NCBI GenBank assembly: GCA_965223295.1
Contig: CBDCWC010000002.1
Location: 305,101-369,100, forward strand
DNA length: 64,000 nucleotides
DNA from: Nitrospirales bacterium
GTDB lineage: Bacteria > Nitrospirota > Nitrospiria > Nitrospirales > UBA8639
Reading direction: 5' to 3'
The stretch's first letter is position 1; every line of letters begins with the position of its first letter. Positions 10,901-16,829 of this stretch are shown here, one piece after another. The position numbers were made by a program, and so were the translations under genes. Under the pieces are notes generated by a model that made no database searches, was not told the origin of the DNA, and worked only from the letters and a program-made list of their open reading frames with translations.

Positions 10901-10975
10901 GTGAATCAGTTCTTCAGGGTGAGAGGCTCCAGTCAAAAATGAAAAATTGGTCTTGCATTGCAATTCGGCATACAT
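7907..10975 (-). CDS. dnaE2: Error-prone DNA polymerase III alpha subunit (DnaE2/ImuC)
   Basis: PHP domain (YAELQCKTNFSFL, AITDHDG), GRGSAANS, PPDIDVDFEH, RHLSIHSGG, YGFPESHSASFA, C-terminal OB fold; last gene of the imu cassette. Confidence 0.95.
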   Translation of the reverse strand: MYAELQCKTNFSFLTGASHPEELIHRAAELGLSAIAITDHDGVYAIPKAYWAAKHYPALKLIVGTSLALSQHPRLTLLAQDRQAYSLLCRMITTSHQDKPKGKASLTIDELQHFMTRPGHDGLLALPHEQAPFPLLKTLFDDRLYIPVSRFKDGHDQQRLNTARKLAQRWGSKIAASNDVHYHVSERQKLHDVLTAIRHGQSVQSSGFRLFSNNEHYLKSPQLMQQLFADIPEALSNTLEIAERCTFCPSELRYRYPSEWIPQNHTAQSYLEHETWQGARIRYHGKIPKEVARQIRHELMLTKNLGFADYFLTIYDIVQFARKQKILCQGRGSAANSVMCYCLGITAIDPVQMNLLFERFISAERGEPPDIDVDFEHERREEVIHYIYDKYGRDRAAMISAVVTYRRRQAFREVSKSLGLNIGNQSAKNIEKNFDSLAAKTNIPHCQQQVEELTEEMKGFPRHLSIHSGGFTLSADPIIDIVPVEPARMEGRTIIQWDKYDLDYLGLLKIDILSLGMLSTLRKSLDAIGMQLHEIPANDPKTFRMIQHADTVGTFQIESRAQISMLGRLLPKNFYDLVIQIAIVRPGPIQGKMVHPYLKRRRKIEEVDYPHPKLRTILGKTLGIPLFQEQVMKMAIELADFTPGEADELRRAIAAWRSEGSIEKTGARLMAGLQRNGLPQTFAERVFQQIKGFAQYGFPESHSASFALLAYASAYVKCHYPAIFLCALINSQPLGFYAVHTLIDDAKRHGVQILPVHPNQSQWDCTLENNAVRLGWRVVKGLEKRQAQQLINQRPFHDLHDFLRRVTLRNNIIHRLAMGNVFSCFGLDQRHSLWQILEYQLNYQSQQPNIFSPLPLSRIDRPVFHKLSQHETITEDYNTFHLSLHGHPMEGLRKALILPYLSTQMARQTENGQMITVCGLLLVRQRPQTAKGMTFGTLEDEFGFLDLAIPHHVFANKQQNEIFSDNCLLIIGGILQRDTHSISLLVQRFQPIWNVSESHKNALMIEPRQFYDQGAITKQLLS

Positions 10976-10992
10976 CAATTCCAGATACCTTG

Positions 10993-12258
10993 TTAATCAA
11001 AATATCCATGAAGATAATAATCATTCGAACCGGGAATCTGAAAAATCCATAATCGTTCCCCAGTATGCGTGTGTATCGTGTAATAGTTTCTGTCAAAGGA
11101 GTGATCCCACCATTCTCCGCAGAGGTGCTCGGGCCCATCGGTCTCGATGATGTTCCATTGTGTTGTTCTACAGACGATAGATGAATAGCTCTTCTTTATG
11201 TGTTCGGGGTGCCTGAGGAGCCGGAGAGGGCGTTTCGGAAACGGAAGGCTCACGGTTGATGGGAGCTCCATAGTTTTTTGCCATGCCCGTTCTGGACAAT
11301 AATGTTCAATCGGAGAGGCCAGAAAAGATGTCCCCTTTCCCACTCGTTCTGTAATTCGTGCAATGAGTGATGTCCAGGCCTCGTGCTCGTCTTCTTGGCG
11401 ACTGAACAGGTTCGTCTGTGACCCATGCCATGGTGAGGTTTCTAGGGCTTGTAGCGAGAGAAAGATCACAGGTGACTTTAAGGGTTCTGTGTTGAGTGTT
11501 CGATGCAACCGCTCGCGCATGATAGCCAGAATGGTTTGAGGATTCGATTGAGGTAATGGGAAATCAATAATCCATCTGCGCATCGGTTCTCGAATTGTCG
11601 AATACGGTTCTTGTTTGATCACAAATTCTAGTGTTCCCATTCGTTCAGCTCGTCCGCGTAGCCGGACCGTCAATCGATTAAGCAACCTCTTAAGCATAAA
11701 CAAGAGCGGTTCTAGGTTTTGAATCGCGTAGCTTTCATCAATATCAATGGCTTCCACAATGTGCTCTTGTTTCGTAAAGAGCGGCCAAAGAAGGGACGTC
11801 GCATCGTTGGCGCGTTGAGCAATGAATAAGCCGAGTGTGCCAAATCTGGAGCCCCAAGTTGATGCTGGAAATTTGAGGAAATCTTCAATCGTACAAATTC
11901 CGAGTTGCTTGAGCGCAACGAGCATGTTGTCTGCGGTAGTACCTGAATAAAATGGGTCCCAATAATCCGTGATGGCATCAATTGGCAGCCTCAACTTTGT
12001 TGTACATTGATAGCGAGCGAGAGCCAAAGCTGTTGGGAGATCTTCACCGATAGCAAGGCTGGCTTGGACTTCAAAGGATGCCAGCATCTCTTGCAAGCCA
12101 GCTAGTACGACCTCCTCTGTATAAAGATGGCGAGATTTACCAATTCCTAAAAAAACCGCTTCATGACTCACAGCAATTTGTGGTGTCCAGTGTAGGCAGG
12201 CTTCAGCAAGAGCTGAAAGGGGAGACGGTGAGTCAAAGAGTAAGCACAGGACTTTCAT
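10993..12258 (-). CDS. imuB: ImuB, catalytically inactive Y-family polymerase-like protein
   Basis: Clamp-binding-like QTNLF, C-terminal GPEH..GEWW...RNYY...G..LWIF...YYLHGYFD typical of ImuB; sits between imuA and dnaE2. Confidence 0.85.
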   Translation of the reverse strand: MKVLCLLFDSPSPLSALAEACLHWTPQIAVSHEAVFLGIGKSRHLYTEEVVLAGLQEMLASFEVQASLAIGEDLPTALALARYQCTTKLRLPIDAITDYWDPFYSGTTADNMLVALKQLGICTIEDFLKFPASTWGSRFGTLGLFIAQRANDATSLLWPLFTKQEHIVEAIDIDESYAIQNLEPLLFMLKRLLNRLTVRLRGRAERMGTLEFVIKQEPYSTIREPMRRWIIDFPLPQSNPQTILAIMRERLHRTLNTEPLKSPVIFLSLQALETSPWHGSQTNLFSRQEDEHEAWTSLIARITERVGKGTSFLASPIEHYCPERAWQKTMELPSTVSLPFPKRPLRLLRHPEHIKKSYSSIVCRTTQWNIIETDGPEHLCGEWWDHSFDRNYYTIHTHTGERLWIFQIPGSNDYYLHGYFD

Positions 12259-12330
12259 GGTGGACTATTGAATAATGAAGATATCAATGGACATATATGC
12301 CCATCGTGATGTTAGGTACGAAGAGCTTTG

Positions 12331-12450
12331 GGGCAGTTCAAAAAAGTCCATCCAGCAAGGCCGCAGCCATTTTTGCGCGCGGAGCGTACTAATACTACGT
12401 GAGCACGGGAAAATGGCGAGAAAGCCGCTGGGGGTTTTTTTCAACAGCCC
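12331..12450. mobile_element. MITE/REP-like element, family A, copy 2 (120 bp)
   Basis: TIRs GGGCAGTTCAAAAAAG / GGGCTGTTGAAAAAAA; aligns with 4959-5078; contains the imuA stop codon. Confidence 0.85.
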
Positions 12451-12971
12451 CATGGTTGTTTGGTCACCATGACAGTGAGATCACCTGTGATGCCTTTCTG
12501 ATGAACATGAAGTTGCATGCGAATTGGCCATGCAGATTGTAGATAGTCTGAAAGAAGAATTAACACACAATTGGCTCTTTCTGTTGTTAGCTGCAAGCGT
12601 CGTAACATGGTCAAATTAAATGGTGCCGTATCGACAATCACGACCTGAAATAATTGACTGCGTAGGAGTTGGAGTGTCACCCACGGGACGTCTTTCCCAG
12701 CTTCATTAAACAGGAGCCGATCCAGGGCGACGTGTCGTTGAAGGACGGCGCAGGGATAGAGCGAGAGCACCGATTCTACCCAGGCCGCCTGTAAGTGAGG
12801 GTTTTCAGCAAGAAACTGCATCACAAGTTCAGTTTTCCCTTTTCCCGCAATTTCGGTCATGATTCCTCGTAGTATCCCAGATGGTATGAGTGAGCATTGG
12901 AATGTTTCCCTAGTTGGTGACTCATGAATTGCTCGAATCTGAGCGCGCAGCTGTTCTAATGATGACGACAT
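12441..12971 (-). CDS. imuA: ImuA-like RecA-fold protein
   Basis: Degenerate Walker A (AGKGKT), LLRSQLFQVVIVD, LRRLQL typical of ImuA/SulA-like proteins; position in cassette. Start reassigned to ATG 12971 because the upstream ORF extension is MITE sequence. Confidence 0.75.
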   Translation of the reverse strand: MSSSLEQLRAQIRAIHESPTRETFQCSLIPSGILRGIMTEIAGKGKTELVMQFLAENPHLQAAWVESVLSLYPCAVLQRHVALDRLLFNEAGKDVPWVTLQLLRSQLFQVVIVDTAPFNLTMLRRLQLTTERANCVLILLSDYLQSAWPIRMQLHVHQKGITGDLTVMVTKQPWGC

Positions 12972-13112
12972 GGGCACCTCTAAAAACTGATGATTTTTTC
13001 TGAGAGGAAGGAAGCGGTGCGCGGAAAACCGCAGTGTATGGGCCAATACATGAGGATTTGAGCACGCCGCTGACGCCGCCATCGGGAAAAAGGATAGTTT
13101 TTAGAGGTGCCC
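12972..13112. mobile_element. MITE family B, copy 1 (141 bp) with 4-bp TSD
   Basis: 17-bp TIR GGGCACCTCTAAAAACT; flanked by ACAT on both sides (12968-12971 and 13113-13116); homologous to 28663-28843 in opposite orientation. Confidence 0.92.
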
Positions 13113-13118
13113 ACATGT

Positions 13119-13709
13119 TTATGGTAATGAGCGAAGCACACCGACTAAGACCCCTTCAATTCTAAATAAGTGAGGTGGCTTTACCGTTATGGCATCATAC
13201 TGAGCATTTGCCGGACGCAATTCGATTGCTTGACGTTTCTTGTAAAACTTTTTGAGTGTTGCTTCACCATCAATCGATGCAACAACGGTCTGCCCGTTAT
13301 GAGCTGTGAATTGCTTGCGGATGATCACATAATCACCATCAACAATCGCATCGTCGATCATTGAATTCCCTCGTACTTGAAGCACATAGTGATCAAACCC
13401 AGTCTTGAGGAAATTCGCTGGGACTTCTGTCAATTCGCCATGCATAACATGTTCGATGGGTTTGCCTGCCGCCACTTTGCCCAAAAGAGGAAGGCGATTG
13501 GCTGTTTGGGTGACAGCCACGCTCCTTTGTCGAGCCTGGGTTGTGAGATGCCCCTGTTCTTTGAGCCGTCGGACATAGGCTGACACGGTTCCTCGTGATT
13601 TGAATGAAAAATGATTGGCAATATCTTGATTGGATGGCGCATAGCTATGCCGATGTGTAAATTCCCGGATAAAGTCTATGACCTGTTTCTGTTTTGGGGT
13701 TAAAGCCAT
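13119..13709 (-). CDS. lexA: LexA repressor
   Basis: N-terminal wHTH (LTPKQKQVIDFI...YAPSNQDIA), cleavage site LGKVAAG, catalytic Ser (RGNSM) and Lys (ATLKK). Confidence 0.95.
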   Translation of the reverse strand: MALTPKQKQVIDFIREFTHRHSYAPSNQDIANHFSFKSRGTVSAYVRRLKEQGHLTTQARQRSVAVTQTANRLPLLGKVAAGKPIEHVMHGELTEVPANFLKTGFDHYVLQVRGNSMIDDAIVDGDYVIIRKQFTAHNGQTVVASIDGEATLKKFYKKRQAIELRPANAQYDAITVKPPHLFRIEGVLVGVLRSLP

Positions 13710-13765
13710 AAAAAATCATAATCGCTCAGATATCGCTCAGTCAAGAGAACAGTTTTTTATGGCTT
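13703..13765 (-). promoter_or_regulatory. lexA promoter (sigma70-type, probably leaderless) with candidate operator
   Basis: Minus strand TTGACT (13744-13739), 18-nt spacer, TATGAT (13720-13715), then 5 nt to ATG with no SD. Spacer is CTGAGCGAT-AT-CTGAGCGAT. Whole region is flanked by a 13-bp perfect inverted repeat. Confidence 0.7.
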
Positions 13766-13877
13766 CAAACCCAAGAATTCAATCATCTTTTCGTTTGTAT
13801 TCTTCTGGCTTATGAGGGTATCGTAGCGACAGATGTGGTGAATTTTTTAACTATCAATGACATAAGGAGAGAGTCTT

Positions 13878-14324
13878 ATGAGAATGGTTATTCCTATGAT
13901 TATTTTGGTTCTTTTCCCTGTTTTGGTCTTTGCGCAAACCAATCCGGGGATGCCTCCCAATATGCCGATGGATAGGGAAAAGATGCAGAGGATGCAGGAG
14001 ATGCAGAAAAATATGCAAAATATGGATATGGGAAAATTGCAAGAAGCTATGGCGTGTATGAAAACGATTGATCGGTCGGCGTTAAAAGGATTAGACGAAG
14101 AAGGAAAGAAAATACAAGCCGAGCTGAAAGAGTTGTGCAGAAGTGGAAATCGTGATGAGGCACAGGAAAAGGCTATGGAGTACGGAAAAGACATGATGAG
14201 CAGGCCAGAAATCAAGAAAATGCGTGAATGCAGCAAGAAGGCTGAGGGCATGATGCCTAAAATGGGTTTTGAAGATTTGATGGAAGAGGGAAAAGATCGT
14301 CATGTCTGTGATGATTTTCCTTGA
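13878..14324 (+). CDS. Secreted Met/Gln-rich hypothetical protein with 4 Cys
   Basis: AAGGAG RBS, signal peptide ending VFA, helical Met-rich body. Confidence 0.8.
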   Translation: MRMVIPMIILVLFPVLVFAQTNPGMPPNMPMDREKMQRMQEMQKNMQNMDMGKLQEAMACMKTIDRSALKGLDEEGKKIQAELKELCRSGNRDEAQEKAMEYGKDMMSRPEIKKMRECSKKAEGMMPKMGFEDLMEEGKDRHVCDDFP

Positions 14325-14336
14325 ATCACTTGAGGG

Positions 14337-14427
14337 TATATTCCCCGCTGCTTGCGGCGTCATAAACTACTCGCATGAGCGAGTACATTCATAATACCCC
14401 GTCCGTTTGCGGCGGGGATCATTTATT
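14337..14427. repeat. Triple-hairpin element resembling IS200/IS605-family ends (non-autonomous remnant)
   Basis: TTCCCCGCTGCTTGCGGCG, TACTCGC-ATGA-GCGAGTA and ATACCCCGTCCGTTTGCGGCGGGGATCATTTATT; first and third hairpins are related. Family assignment is from recalled similarity only. Confidence 0.5.
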
Positions 14428-14555
14428 AGCGCCGTAAGAACGTATGAGAGAACAAGTTGTTTTTAAGACATTTAGGAAAATGTGTTTCCTTTTTATGCAT
14501 TTCCCTTTCTCTAGAGCATGTGAAAGTAGATGAAGGGGGAGAATGGAAAGGCATA

Positions 14556-14969
14556 TTGTTGGTGAGACATTGGTGCCAATTTTTTACGTGTGCCATTATG
14601 CTCTGTTGGTCTATGGCGGCATGGGCGGAAATCGATCGAACTCTTCTGGTTGGAGATTGGTGTTTGGTGGATCAATCGATGCTGGGATATCGCTTTGAGT
14701 CCTCACCACCCAAAGTGATACGTGACAATTTGAAGACGAAAGTCGGACAACGTTATCAATTTATCGATAACCATACGGTGGACATACAGATGAATGATAA
14801 GACGAGTGCCAGGTTCACGTACAAAATTTCTGGCAAGAAACAAAACCGGATTCGCATTAAAAAGTGGGAGAGCTTTGCCGTGACTTCTTTGACAGACTCT
14901 GAAATGGTTGCGAAGGCCCTCGGTACAGTGAACCATCGTTTTATACATGGAACATGTGCAGAGCCGTGA
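14556..14969 (+). CDS. Secreted hypothetical protein, lipocalin-like (LVGDW) fold candidate
   Basis: Signal peptide ending AWA, then LLVGDWCLV. Start uncertain (TTG 14556 or GTG 14562). Confidence 0.65.
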   Translation: MLVRHWCQFFTCAIMLCWSMAAWAEIDRTLLVGDWCLVDQSMLGYRFESSPPKVIRDNLKTKVGQRYQFIDNHTVDIQMNDKTSARFTYKISGKKQNRIRIKKWESFAVTSLTDSEMVAKALGTVNHRFIHGTCAEP

Positions 14970-15023
14970 GGTTTGAGTAGGGGGAATGAGCGTAAGTTAT
15001 TGAGTAATGAAATGAGGTGGAAC

Positions 15024-15425
15024 ATGATAGTACGGATCATCATGTTGGGTTTGGTTTTCCTGCCTAGCGGTCCCTTGTTCGTAAGTGCGGGAAAATGGAG
15101 TGGCTATATCACCGTATCCACAAAGGATGATGTGGTGCTGAGTTATCGACAGCGACTGCAAAAAGACGGGTGGTTTGTGGAATGGCGAGCGGAAAATAAA
15201 GGTGCTGATTGGGTAGAACCATTCACAAAATCTCGGATGTATCATTGTGCAGATGGAACCAAAAACAAGGAAAAAGAGAAAACGCTGGGTCCCTATCCTC
15301 CTGGTGATGTGCGAAGGGGAGGGATCAGGGATAGAGGAATTTGTCCAGGGAGTGAAATCCAGAACGTTGAAGTAGACATTGAGTTGCGTCCAGTTTCTGA
15401 CGCGATTCGAAGGATGTGGCAATAA
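15024..15425 (+). CDS. Secreted hypothetical protein with 2 Cys
   Basis: GAGGT RBS before ATG 15024, signal peptide ending VSA. Confidence 0.7.
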   Translation: MIVRIIMLGLVFLPSGPLFVSAGKWSGYITVSTKDDVVLSYRQRLQKDGWFVEWRAENKGADWVEPFTKSRMYHCADGTKNKEKEKTLGPYPPGDVRRGGIRDRGICPGSEIQNVEVDIELRPVSDAIRRMWQ

Positions 15426-15487
15426 CGTATGGAGGCAAGGGTTATCCTCAGATAACAAAACGATCAGACAGAAAGACGGAGGACTCT

Positions 15488-16789
15488 ATGAATGTGTATA
15501 AGTTGTGTAGGTTGTTCTTGGTTGTGGTCGTACTCGTACTCGTTAGTCCAATGGCTTCCGGCTATGCCCAAGGGCCTGGAGGAACATCCAACGAGGAACA
15601 GATGCAGCAGATGTTGGATATGATAAAAGGAATGAGCAAGGGGGCGGGACAGGGGAAAGGCATGGATGAGAGGACCCAAAAACAGCTAGAAAATATGTTT
15701 AAGGGGATGGGTCAGAAGATGGACAAACGTCAGGTCGCTCAGACCAAAAAGGAACAGGAACAGTTTGAGACGGAGACCGTTGGTCATGGGACCGCCATCG
15801 TGGAGGTGGAAGGGAAACGCTATGACCTGACGGTCACCACATGTGAACTCTGGGGGGGCGACTCTCGCGAGTTTAAGATCGAAGCGCGACAACCTCCTGC
15901 TAAGGGTGCCTGGAAACTTTCGATGAGGGCAGGCAAAAGTTCCAGGGTTGGACTGACATTTCAAGTTGGACGTAAGAAGGGCTATTGGCGGGAAGGAACG
16001 GGATCAGTAGACAAATCCTCCTCTTTGACCGTGAAGGACAATGGGCTTCAATGGACAGGCCTGGTTGACGAAAAAGACAACGTTCCAATAACGATCCAGG
16101 TCACTTGTGGTGCGGAGATGGTCAATTACTCCAAGCCAGCCAATCCGGGACAAAACACTTCTCCTCATGTCTTGACCTTGTCGTTGGGTAAGGAAATCTA
16201 TACCTTCCAGATAGGCTATTGCTCCACAGAAGCCTACCGAACTGGAAACTTAATGGTGGAATTTGATGTTACCGCCATGGGCACGTTTCGAGGAAGTCCA
16301 GCTATTCTTTTCCTGTCGAAAAGCCATCCGGTTGGGAGTCAGGGGAGAGATTTTGAAGAACTGGAATTATTGCTCGGGGAATTGACTGCAGAACAACGAA
16401 CGCTTCCCCCATTGAAAGTCAAACAAGAGCTTGACGAAAAGGTGAATGCCTTTTCCAGAGAAGCGAACGCGGCCATTCAAAAAAAGTATGATAAAGAGCG
16501 GGCCGTCATTCAGGAGAAATACGGTAAAGATGTGCCTCCAGACAAAGCCGTAGAGGCAACGGAGGCCTACCTAAAGATGGGGGATGCACAAGGCAAAGAG
16601 ATGGACAAGGTTCGAGAGCAAGTCAAGGCCATGCGATTTCCTGAAGCTAAAAATAATGGGACATTTACGATCAATGGAAAAGAGGTGCTGTATAAGGGGC
16701 CAAGACTTCGAATCCTCCATGGCAAAGATGTCCCCCAGTTCAAGAATTTAGAAGGTATTCCAGAAGTGCTGCTCACTTGTGAGACATAA
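15488..16789 (+). CDS. Secreted hypothetical protein with two paired-Cys beta domains
   Basis: GGAGGA RBS, signal peptide ending GYA, Met/Gln-rich N-terminus, TTCEL..VTCG and GYCST..LTCET. Confidence 0.75.
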   Translation: MNVYKLCRLFLVVVVLVLVSPMASGYAQGPGGTSNEEQMQQMLDMIKGMSKGAGQGKGMDERTQKQLENMFKGMGQKMDKRQVAQTKKEQEQFETETVGHGTAIVEVEGKRYDLTVTTCELWGGDSREFKIEARQPPAKGAWKLSMRAGKSSRVGLTFQVGRKKGYWREGTGSVDKSSSLTVKDNGLQWTGLVDEKDNVPITIQVTCGAEMVNYSKPANPGQNTSPHVLTLSLGKEIYTFQIGYCSTEAYRTGNLMVEFDVTAMGTFRGSPAILFLSKSHPVGSQGRDFEELELLLGELTAEQRTLPPLKVKQELDEKVNAFSREANAAIQKKYDKERAVIQEKYGKDVPPDKAVEATEAYLKMGDAQGKEMDKVREQVKAMRFPEAKNNGTFTINGKEVLYKGPRLRILHGKDVPQFKNLEGIPEVLLTCET

Positions 16790-16829
16790 CCTTGGTCTGT
16801 TGGTAGTCCTGATTGTAGTTTTGGAATAG

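Noticed and set aside
12265-12472. Two short ORFs on opposite strands
   Set aside because: Both are mostly MITE family A sequence.
12972-13082. 37-aa N-terminal extension of the imuA ORF call (12441..13082)
   Set aside because: Entirely MITE sequence; nearly the same peptide (PHVLAHTLRFSA.RFL.LRKNHQFLEVP) appears in the ORF over the other MITE copy.
13847-14251. 134-aa hydrophobic minus-strand ORF
   Set aside because: Antisense shadow of the Met/Gln/Lys-rich secreted gene, which has the RBS and signal peptide.
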